Assembly (NCBI GenBank): GCA_039028635.1 | Contig: JBCCHV010000009.1 | Span: forward strand, 15,446-79,445 | DNA length: 64,000 nucleotides | From: Acidobacteriota bacterium | GTDB taxonomy: Bacteria; Acidobacteriota; Thermoanaerobaculia; Multivoradales; JBCCEF01 | Direction: 5' to 3' | Shown: positions 53,728-61,514 of the stretch, in pieces | How the letters are laid out: each line of letters starts with the position of its first letter | Position numbering within the stretch: the first letter of the stretch is position 1 | Notes under the pieces: model-generated | What the model was told of the DNA's origin: nothing | Database searches by the model: none | Seen by the model: only the letters and a program-made list of their open reading frames with translations | Translations under genes and position numbers: made by a program

Positions 53728-54349
53728 GCAGCAGGCCGAACTTTTCGTCACCGCCGCCTCCGGGGTAGCCGGCGACGATGCCGGCGGGAACGAAATCGCG
53801 CTCGAGGTAGAAGGCGAGAGCGGGGTCGTGGCGATGGCCGGCCAGCACGCGCTCGAGGTAGGTGTTGGGATCCTCCTCGGCGGCGAACAGGGCATAGCCA
53901 TTGAGGGGCGCGGCGGTCACCATCTGGGCCAATCCCATCTCGGTGGTCTGGCGCTGCTGCGCTTCGAGGAGGAGGTCGCGCACCGCCTCGCGCGGACCCG
54001 CCGGCTCCTCCAGGCGGAGGATCGAGAACAGCGTGTCGGGAGCCTTGGCTTCCTCTTCGGCCGTCGCCAGGCAGCCCTTCCAGTCCGGCGGCGGATCCTG
54101 GTTCCAGCCCACCCTCCGAGCGCAGGCGGCTCCCACCAGACGCTCCCCGCCATCGGCGGCCAGGGAAGTCTCCATCGCCACCATCTGGCCCTCGGAAAAC
54201 TCCTCGAGGCCGACCAGCAGCAGGCTCCTCGGCAGTGGCTCGTGGCGCCGGTTGAGGCGGCCGTAGAGGCGAATCACCGGCAGCACGTCGGCCGCCTCGA
54301 AGGGGCGAACCCAGAGCTGGGTATCGGGTTCTTGAGCGGTTTGGGTCAT
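53696..54349 (-). CDS. Hypothetical protein, possibly GNAT-fold
   Basis: 217 aa with coding-like GC3. VRPFEAADVLPVIRLY at the N-terminus resembles acetyltransferases, but I saw no clear acetyl-CoA motif. Its 3' end overlaps the convergent methyltransferase gene by 32 nt. Confidence 0.4.
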   Translation of the reverse strand: MTQTAQEPDTQLWVRPFEAADVLPVIRLYGRLNRRHEPLPRSLLLVGLEEFSEGQMVAMETSLAADGGERLVGAACARRVGWNQDPPPDWKGCLATAEEEAKAPDTLFSILRLEEPAGPREAVRDLLLEAQQRQTTEMGLAQMVTAAPLNGYALFAAEEDPNTYLERVLAGHRHDPALAFYLERDFVPAGIVAGYPGGGGDEKFGLLLSWASPTQVN

Positions 54350-54455
54350 CGTCGTGGCGATGCTAACCCGGAAGGGAGGCCGAAATCGGAGGCCGCGAAG
54401 TTTTTTCCCTCGAGCGGTTTCTTTTCCGCCGGCTGCCGTGTCTCAAGCCGGTAGC

Positions 54456-55046
54456 ATGCAAGAAATCCAGGCCATCGAATCGAGTCCCCGGAGGGCAGCG
54501 CCGATGCGCGAGGTCGACGAAGGACGCCTGGCCCGACAGCTGGCCAGCGGCGACCGATCTGCGGCGGATCGGTTGGTGGAGTGCACTTACCGCCGCATCT
54601 TCGGCTACCTCAGCCGTCTCTGTGGCGGCGACGTCGAGCGCGCTGCCGACCTCACCCAGGAAACCTACCGCAAGGCATGGGCCGCCCTCGACGGCTTCGA
54701 CGGCCGGTCGAAGCTCTCCACCTGGCTCTACAGCATCGCCTACCGCACTTTCTTGAACCACCGGAGAAGGCCCTTCCGATTGGTTGGGGTCGACGAGCTG
54801 GAAGCGGTTTCGACCCAGCCCTTGCCAGACGAGCTGGTGGGCCGGGCGAGCCAGGACCACGCGCTGCGCCGAGCCGTTCTCGAGCTGCCGGAATCGCTGC
54901 GTTTCACGGTGACGGCGCACTATTGGGGCGAGCTGCCGGTCAAGGAGATCGCGCGCCAGGAAGAGGTGACCCCGGTCGCCATTCGGAAACGACTGAAAAA
55001 GGCTTTCGCCCTGCTCGCCGGGGCGCTCGCCAAGGAGGCGTCATGA
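54456..55046 (+). CDS. ECF (group 4) RNA polymerase sigma factor
   Basis: Inside ORF 54354..55046, with start at MQEIQAIES (or MREVDEG at 54504). Region 2 is AADLTQETYRKAW...TWLYSIAYRTFLNHRRR and region 4 is LPVKEIARQEEVTPVAIRKRLKKA. Confidence 0.85.
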   Translation: MQEIQAIESSPRRAAPMREVDEGRLARQLASGDRSAADRLVECTYRRIFGYLSRLCGGDVERAADLTQETYRKAWAALDGFDGRSKLSTWLYSIAYRTFLNHRRRPFRLVGVDELEAVSTQPLPDELVGRASQDHALRRAVLELPESLRFTVTAHYWGELPVKEIARQEEVTPVAIRKRLKKAFALLAGALAKEAS

Positions 55047-57490
55047 CGGCGGATCCTCGTCACCACGATTCGCAAGAGCTGAAGCGGCGGCTGGAATCAC
55101 CGCCGTCGGTCGCCGAGCCACCGTCCGAGCTCCTCGAGCGCCTGCGCGCCGACATCCCGGCGGAGATTCCGCGGCCCCAGCTCGAGGAGTCTTTCGGTCG
55201 ACGGCCTCGTCGCTGGCAGCTCGCCGCCGTGCTCACCACGACCATTCTCGGTGGTGGCGTGGGCTATTGGGTTTCGCAGCAGGCGCCGCCTCTGTCGACG
55301 GCGCAGTCGGAGTCGGCCTGGCGCGAGCCGATGGTCGAAGGCCGGGCTGGCGCATCGGCCGCCGAAGGTCAGGCTGCCGACAACGTGGCGACGGAATCGG
55401 CCGCCGAGGATTCCCCGGTTGGTTTGTCCGAGGAGCTCGAGGCAGGGCGACGAGAGCGAGCGGTTCAGATACCGGTGGCGGCTCCGAGCGCAGATCCGCC
55501 GGAGGCCGACCGTTTCCGCGAAGAATCGAAGCGTCGACGCGTCATTTCCCCGGGCGATCCGACGCCGCAACCCAGCGATGCGGAGGAAGCTCCGCTCGCC
55601 GTCGGTTCCTTGGCGGCGGCGCCCGAAGCGGCGCTGCGAGCGCCGCAGGGCCCGGCTCCTGCGCCGGCCGAGCCGCCGGCTGCAGCCAAGAAGTCGGCTC
55701 TCTTGGACGGCCAGGCGGTGCCGCCTGCGGCCGAAGAATCGCGGCGAGTCGCACCGCCGCCGCCGCCCCCCCCGTCGCCACCGTCCCGGCCGTCGACCCG
55801 CGCCCCGCTGCGGCAGCGCAACGAAGCGCTACGTTCCCGCAAGCAGAAGAGCGATCAGCGGTCGCGGGAGAACACCAGCGTCATGGGTCAGGACCAGATG
55901 ATCGCCAGCCTCGCGGAGCAGCAGGCGGCCCTCGAGAAGGAGCTCGAGGCGCTGGAGGAGCCGCCTGGCTTGCCCGAGAATGAGATGCAGGCAGCGCTTT
56001 TCGAGGAGATCGTCATCGAACAGCCGCCTCGGCCCTCGGAGGGAGTGGTGTTTCGGGGTGGTTCTCCAATCCGTCGGGATGATCGCGAGGCACCGCCATC
56101 GACCGGTGGTACTGCCGAGCCCAACGGCCAGCCGGCAGGCGACATGTTCTTCGAGCACAGTGGCGTCAACCCCTTCCTCGACAGCGCCGAGGATGCGCTC
56201 TCGACCTTCGCCCTCGATGTCGACCGAGCTTCCTTCACCCTGCTGCGGCGCTACCTCGACGGCGGCGATTTGCCGCCGGCGGCGGCGCTGCGGGTGGAAG
56301 AGATCGTCAACGCCCTCGACCGTGGCGATGAGGCGCCGGTGGAGCAAGACTTCCGCTGGACCGCGGAGGGTGCCCGGGCGCCTTTCACAGAGTCCGATGC
56401 TTACCGTTTGCTGCGCTTTCGGATGGCCGCCCGCGACGTCGAGCGCCCCGCCGTGGCGCTCACCCTGGTGGTCGATGTCTCCGGTTCGATGTCGCGCGGC
56501 GGGCGTCTCGATCTGGTGCGCCGCTCCTTGGGCCTGCTGCTCGACCGCTTGCGGGCCGGTGATCGGGTCACGCTGGTGACCTTCGGCGAGCGCGCCCGAG
56601 TCCTGGTCGAATCGACCTCCGACCTGCTCGCCGTGCGCAGCGCCCTCGCCGGTTTGCAGGCGGGCGGATCGACCCACGCCCAGGCGGGGCTGGCGCTGGC
56701 CTACGAGCTCGCCCTCGAGCACCTTCGTCCCGGAGCGGTCAATCGCGTCGTGCTGTGCAGCGATGGCGTCGCCAACGTCGGCGCCACCGATGCCGACTCT
56801 CTGCTCGAGACCATCTCCCAGGGGCGCGAAGCGGGTATCGAGCTCACCGCCCTCGGCTTCGGCATGGGCAACTACAACGACGTCCTGCTCGAGCGCCTGG
56901 CCAATCAGGGGGATGGCACCTACGGCTACATCGACTCCTTCGCCGAGGCTCGCGAGCTTCTCGCCGAGGGTCTCGACGGCACCCTGGTGACGGTGGCCGA
57001 AGACGCCCGGGTGCAGGTGCGGATTCACCCCGAGGTGATCGACCGCTACCGGCTGATCGGCTACGAGAACCGCGATCTGGCGGACGAGGACTTCCGCAAC
57101 ACCGCCTCCGATGGCGGCGAGATCGGCTCCGGCCATCGGGTCACCGCCCTCTACGAGGTGCGCCTGAAGTCCGGGGTGCGCTCGAGCCAGACGGCGGCGA
57201 CCCTGACCTTACGCTATCGCGCCCCGCGCGATCAGCGCTGGCGCGAGCAAACGGTGACGGTCACCGCCGGTGAGCTGGAGACGAGCTGGAACGAGGCCTC
57301 TCCGGCCTTCCGTCAAGCCGCCTTGGCGGCCGAGCTGGCGGAGATCCTGCGCGGCTCCTTCTGGGCTCGCGAGGGCGACCTCGAAGACGTCGCCCGCCGG
57401 GCCCGCGCCCTGGTCGCCGAGCGCCCTGAGAACCCCGAGGCCATCGAGCTCGCCCGGCTCGCGGCGCGGGCGGCGGAGCTGTCCCGGTAG
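55043..57490 (+). CDS. Anti-sigma-like single-pass membrane protein fused to an extracytoplasmic VWA domain (YfbK/DUF3520-like)
   Basis: The ATG overlaps the sigma-factor stop (ATGA at 55043-55046). Short cytoplasmic N-terminus, TM WQLAAVLTTTILGGGVGYWV, an Ala/Pro/Glu-rich linker with a PPPPPPPSPP run, then VVDVSGSM MIDAS, LCSDGVANVG, and a C-terminal RYRLIGYENR region. Confidence 0.8.
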   Translation: MTADPRHHDSQELKRRLESPPSVAEPPSELLERLRADIPAEIPRPQLEESFGRRPRRWQLAAVLTTTILGGGVGYWVSQQAPPLSTAQSESAWREPMVEGRAGASAAEGQAADNVATESAAEDSPVGLSEELEAGRRERAVQIPVAAPSADPPEADRFREESKRRRVISPGDPTPQPSDAEEAPLAVGSLAAAPEAALRAPQGPAPAPAEPPAAAKKSALLDGQAVPPAAEESRRVAPPPPPPPSPPSRPSTRAPLRQRNEALRSRKQKSDQRSRENTSVMGQDQMIASLAEQQAALEKELEALEEPPGLPENEMQAALFEEIVIEQPPRPSEGVVFRGGSPIRRDDREAPPSTGGTAEPNGQPAGDMFFEHSGVNPFLDSAEDALSTFALDVDRASFTLLRRYLDGGDLPPAAALRVEEIVNALDRGDEAPVEQDFRWTAEGARAPFTESDAYRLLRFRMAARDVERPAVALTLVVDVSGSMSRGGRLDLVRRSLGLLLDRLRAGDRVTLVTFGERARVLVESTSDLLAVRSALAGLQAGGSTHAQAGLALAYELALEHLRPGAVNRVVLCSDGVANVGATDADSLLETISQGREAGIELTALGFGMGNYNDVLLERLANQGDGTYGYIDSFAEARELLAEGLDGTLVTVAEDARVQVRIHPEVIDRYRLIGYENRDLADEDFRNTASDGGEIGSGHRVTALYEVRLKSGVRSSQTAATLTLRYRAPRDQRWREQTVTVTAGELETSWNEASPAFRQAALAAELAEILRGSFWAREGDLEDVARRARALVAERPENPEAIELARLAARAAELSR

Positions 57491-57512
57491 GGCCGCCCGG
57501 CGGTGGCTTCTT

Positions 57513-57550
57513 GCTCGGCTCTCCTCGATCGGGGAGAGCCGAGCTGTGTT
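57513..57550 (+). terminator. Probable intrinsic terminator after the anti-sigma/VWA gene
   Basis: 12-bp stem gctcggctctcc / ggagagccgagc followed by tgtgtt. Confidence 0.6.
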
Positions 57551-57569
57551 CGTCGCGGCGGGCAATATA

Positions 57570-57598
57570 TTGATGAAACAGAATATTTTAAGTAGAAT
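57570..57598 (+). promoter_or_regulatory. Sigma70-like promoter in an AT-rich island
   Basis: TTGATG (57570-57575), a 17-nt spacer, then TAGAAT (57593-57598). The palindrome CAATATATTG overlaps the -35. Confidence 0.5.
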
Positions 57599-57684
57599 GA
57601 ACGCAGGCTCCGAAACCTCCTGCCGGGGAGGGCGGTGACCGCTTTGCCTCCTTTTCCGGTGGGAATCGTGAAAGTGAGGTATTG

Positions 57685-58746
57685 ATGTCTACAGAAGCCA
57701 TAACCCAGAGGATCGGCCAGGGCGCCGATCCCGGTGCCGTCGGCTTCGATGGCGACCTTGGAATTCAGACGGACGCCGGAACGACCAACGCCCTCGGTGG
57801 CAACGTCACGGACGGGACCCTCGTCGGGGACCCGAATTCGTCGCTCTTCCAGCAGGTTGGATCGCCGTTCTCGACCAATGGCTCGCCGGGCAACGATCTG
57901 CTCGTCGCCCAGAGCGCGCGCTACAACGCCCCCTCCACGGACAATATCCGCGCTGGTCGCGGCATCTTGACCGTTGGTTCCCAGGGGGCCTCGGTGCAGG
58001 AGCTCCACAACCGGCTCGGGGCGATCGGGTTCAACGCGCCGTCCGGTGACGCCTATACCGCCGAGACGGCCTCCGCCGTGCGTGCCTTCCAGACCGCTTA
58101 CCGGCTGCAGGCGACGGGCGATGTGGGGCAGACCACCCTGAGCAAGCTCGACGCCTCCGACGGCGGATTCAACGGCGGCGGCACGCGCCTGTTCCCGGAA
58201 GGGGCGGTGGCCTCGCCCAACTATCCGGTCTACTCCTATCCCGGGGTTCCGCATCACATGACCGCCACCGGCGGCTTCCAGGAACCGCACCACGACCATA
58301 GCTACAAGGGTCCGAGCAAGGCGATCTTCGGGGATTCTCCTCAGACGATCACCAACCTGCCCGGCGCCAACCGCAATCTGGGCATCGACTACACCACCTC
58401 CGACGGCCTGGTTCGGCCCTGGTGGGGCGGTCGGGTGACTCAGGTCGGTTGGGAAGGTAGTTATGGCAACCGAATCCACGTCGAAACCGACATCACCTAC
58501 CGCTACAACGGTCAGGACTATCGGGTCCAGACCGCCTATGCTCACGCCGAGAGCTACAACTCCGATCTGCAGGTGGGATCGCGGGTCGAGAAGGGCGAAA
58601 ACATCGGCGTGATGGGTGGTACCGGTGGCAACTACGGTGCCCACGTCGACCTGCGCATCTGGATCGATGTGCCGGGTCAGGGGCGCGTCGACCTGTCGCC
58701 GAACGCCATTCGCGAGCAGCGGCTCGACCGCGGCTTGACGCCGTAG
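57685..58746 (+). CDS. Peptidoglycan-binding-domain plus M23 (LytM) metallopeptidase, no recognisable signal peptide
   Basis: The PG_binding_1 pattern is GSQGASVQELHNRLGAIGF...AVRAFQTAYRLQATGDVGQTTLSKL. The M23 motifs are GIDY...GNRIHVE...YAHAES...GGTGGNYGAHVDLRI. Confidence 0.8.
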   Translation: MSTEAITQRIGQGADPGAVGFDGDLGIQTDAGTTNALGGNVTDGTLVGDPNSSLFQQVGSPFSTNGSPGNDLLVAQSARYNAPSTDNIRAGRGILTVGSQGASVQELHNRLGAIGFNAPSGDAYTAETASAVRAFQTAYRLQATGDVGQTTLSKLDASDGGFNGGGTRLFPEGAVASPNYPVYSYPGVPHHMTATGGFQEPHHDHSYKGPSKAIFGDSPQTITNLPGANRNLGIDYTTSDGLVRPWWGGRVTQVGWEGSYGNRIHVETDITYRYNGQDYRVQTAYAHAESYNSDLQVGSRVEKGENIGVMGGTGGNYGAHVDLRIWIDVPGQGRVDLSPNAIREQRLDRGLTP

Positions 58747-58763
58747 AACCCTCGCAGTGCCTT

Positions 58764-58790
58764 CCCCCGCGGGCGCCGATCCCGCGGGGG
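58764..58790 (+). terminator. Hairpin after the M23 gene
   Basis: cccccgcggg-cgccgat-cccgcggggg, a perfect 10-bp stem followed by a weak T-run. Confidence 0.45.
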
Positions 58791-58929
58791 GAATCCCTTC
58801 CTCTGTTCAGCCTTCCATAAACCCGGAACCGCCCTCCGGCGACTAAGATGTGAGCAGAAATGCAGCTTGCTTTGCTCCATAGATGACCTTGCCGACCGGT
58901 CTTCCAGACCGGTCGAGGAGATATTCGAC

Positions 58930-61470
58930 ATGCACGACTCTGGACGTTGGATGGGCCGCGGGGCCCTCGTTCTGGTGCTGCTGTGTACGGGTTGGGGTTT
59001 GCCTGCCGTTGGCGACACCCCAGCGGAAGCCGCCTTTGGCGATCGTGGTCTGAGCGGGGATGCTCGGCCGCAGCTCGACCGGGGCATCGTGGCCGGCGGT
59101 TCCTTCCGCGCCACCATCACGACGGCCGAGGAGGGGGAGCCCATCGTCGGAGGGGTGGTCCGGCTTTGGCAGGAAGGTGTCGCGGTGGCGATCGCGCGGC
59201 CCCTCGACGGCGGCTACGCCCTCGACGACGTCGAGCCCGGGGAGTATTTCGTCACCGCCAGTGCTTTCGCTCGCCGAACGGTGGCCTATCCCTCGGAGCC
59301 CTGTCGCTTATTGCTCTCGGGTCTCGACTGCGACTTCGCCGCGGCGACGGCGATCATCATCGTCGCGGGCGGCACCGTCGCGGTGGCCTTCGAGCTGGCG
59401 CTCGCACCGGCGATCGAGGGACGAGTCACGGATGAGTCGACGGGCGCACCTTTGGCGGGGGTGGAAGTGTTGGCGAACCCGGTATTCGGTCCGCGAGCGG
59501 AGACCGATGCGGAGGGTCGCTACGTCCTTTACGGCTTGACCGAGACCGGCTACCGTGTCTCCACCGAGAACAGCGCCGGCTATGTCGACGAGATCTACGA
59601 CGACAAACCGTGCTTTCGCGGCGAGACCATTGGCGGTCAGGTGCTGTGCCCTGCCCTGGAGGACGCCGACGAGGTTGTCGTCGAGGGCTTCGATGCCACC
59701 ACCGGCATCGACTTCGCCCTCGTCGTCGGCGGTGTGATCAGCGGTCGAGTGACCGGACAGTCGGATGGCCTTCCGGTCGCCGGGGCGCTGGTCTTCCTGT
59801 CGGACGGGGCCGGCAACACCTTCCACCGAGTGTTTGCCGATGACGATGGTCGTTATCGCATCGACGGCCTGGAGAGCGGCGACTACTTCCTGCGGGCAAG
59901 CGGGGGCGGCCTGGTCTCGGAAGCCTTCGGCGGCGACTACTACCCGGGGTTCTCCGGCGTGCCACCCCTCGGCGATGCGGTCCCCGTGGCTCTCGGTCAG
60001 GAAACGGCGGATATCGATTTCGCCCTCGATCGTCGTGGCGAGATCCTGATCACCGCTTTGCGTGGCGACACCGAGGTTCCCTTCGAGAACCAGGTGATCG
60101 AGCTCTGGTCGCCCGGCCGAGATCGGCTCATCGGTTTGGGGACCGACTCCGCCGGCCGGGTGCTGTTCGACAACCTGGTGCCGGGGCGCTACTACATGCG
60201 CTTCAATCCGGCCCGGCCCCTCGACGACTACATCGCCGAAGCCTACCCCGATCAGCCCTGCTTCCAGGCGACCTGCGACCCCTTCGCCGGAGCTGGCATC
60301 GTGGTCTCTCCCGGCCTGCGCTCGGAGGGTGAGTTTCGCCTCGAGGTCGGTGGGCAGATTCTCGGCACGGTGCGCGATGGCGCCACCGGCGAGCTGGTGG
60401 GGGGACAGGTCAGCCTGTTCGCGCCAGACGGTCTCTTCCTGGTCGACGCCGGCCCGCGCCAGGGAGGCGGCTTCCGCGTGCGCGGCGTGCCCGATGGCGA
60501 GTACCGGGTGATCTTCACGCCTTTCGAGCTCGACCCCTACGAGGGCCAGCTCTGGGAAGGGCAGCCCTGCAACGGCTTCGTGTGCGACATCGCCGCCGGC
60601 GATCCGGTGGTCATCGCCAACGCCGGGGCCGTCGACGACATCGACTTCGTCGTCACTCCGGGGCAGCCCTTCGACTGCATCGAGGACGACTTCACCCACT
60701 GCCTGCAGGGCGGGCGATTCCGGGTGCGGGCGAGCTGGACCTTCGACGCCACGCCGCGGCGCGGTCTGGCGCGGGCCGAGGAGCTCACCGGAGACACCGG
60801 CACTTTCTGGTTCGTCGACGATCAAAACGTCGAGCTGATCCTCAAGGTTCTCGACGGCTGTGCGGAGGATTCGCCAGCCTACTGGGTGTTCGCCGCTGGC
60901 CTGACCAACGCCGACGTCGCCCTCGAGGTCGTCGACTCCTGGACCGGCCGTAGCTGGCTGCGGCGCAATGCCCTCGAGGTGTCTTTCGTGCCGACTCAGG
61001 ACACCGAGGCCTTCCGCTCCTGCGACGCCGAGCCGCCGCCGGGCTGGCGTTGGGTGCCGCGGACCAGCACTGCCCAGGGAGCGATTCAGAGCTTCGCCCA
61101 GGGAGCCGGCAACTGCACGCCGGGCGCCAATCGCCTCTGCCTGCAGGGTGGGCGCTTCGCGGTCGAGGCCGATTGGGAGATCCCCAACGGCACCGCCGGC
61201 ATCGCCGGGGCCGGAGAGCTGACCTCCGAATCGGGCTACTTCTGGTTCTTCGACGAAAACAACGTCGAGCTGCTGGTCAAGGTGCTCGATGGCTGCCAGG
61301 TCGAGCCCTTCAACGCCTTCTGGGTGTTCTCTACCGGCTTGACCAACGTCGAGACGACGATTCGAGTCACCGATACCGCCACCGGCGAGATGAAGGAGTA
61401 CTTCAACCCCCAGGGCACGGCCTATCCGCCGCGCTTCGATACCGGGGCCTTCTTCGACTGCGGGCAGTAG
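58930..61470 (+). CDS. Secreted protein with multiple carboxypeptidase-regulatory-like (CarboxypepD_reg) beta-sandwich repeats and two C-terminal Cys-bracketed modules
   Basis: Inside ORF 58867..61470, with start at MHDSGRWMGRGALVLVLLCTGWGLPAVG. Repeats of the type I(E/S)GRVTD..TG.PLAG..V...DA.GRY.L.GL..G.Y. Duplicated C-terminal modules lie at 60676-61023 and 61114-61464. Confidence 0.8.
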   Translation: MHDSGRWMGRGALVLVLLCTGWGLPAVGDTPAEAAFGDRGLSGDARPQLDRGIVAGGSFRATITTAEEGEPIVGGVVRLWQEGVAVAIARPLDGGYALDDVEPGEYFVTASAFARRTVAYPSEPCRLLLSGLDCDFAAATAIIIVAGGTVAVAFELALAPAIEGRVTDESTGAPLAGVEVLANPVFGPRAETDAEGRYVLYGLTETGYRVSTENSAGYVDEIYDDKPCFRGETIGGQVLCPALEDADEVVVEGFDATTGIDFALVVGGVISGRVTGQSDGLPVAGALVFLSDGAGNTFHRVFADDDGRYRIDGLESGDYFLRASGGGLVSEAFGGDYYPGFSGVPPLGDAVPVALGQETADIDFALDRRGEILITALRGDTEVPFENQVIELWSPGRDRLIGLGTDSAGRVLFDNLVPGRYYMRFNPARPLDDYIAEAYPDQPCFQATCDPFAGAGIVVSPGLRSEGEFRLEVGGQILGTVRDGATGELVGGQVSLFAPDGLFLVDAGPRQGGGFRVRGVPDGEYRVIFTPFELDPYEGQLWEGQPCNGFVCDIAAGDPVVIANAGAVDDIDFVVTPGQPFDCIEDDFTHCLQGGRFRVRASWTFDATPRRGLARAEELTGDTGTFWFVDDQNVELILKVLDGCAEDSPAYWVFAAGLTNADVALEVVDSWTGRSWLRRNALEVSFVPTQDTEAFRSCDAEPPPGWRWVPRTSTAQGAIQSFAQGAGNCTPGANRLCLQGGRFAVEADWEIPNGTAGIAGAGELTSESGYFWFFDENNVELLVKVLDGCQVEPFNAFWVFSTGLTNVETTIRVTDTATGEMKEYFNPQGTAYPPRFDTGAFFDCGQ

Positions 61471-61514
61471 AGCTCGAGGGGCTCGAGGCGGACGCCGCGA
61501 GCCCCTGGGAAAGG

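Noticed and set aside
58820-58929. ECF-type promoter (GGAAC...) upstream of the CarboxypepD_reg gene
   Set aside because: A GGAACC is present, but no suitably spaced -10-like element follows. A 9-bp-stem hairpin (gaccggtct-tcc-agaccggtc) is present, but its role is unclear and not supportable as a promoter.
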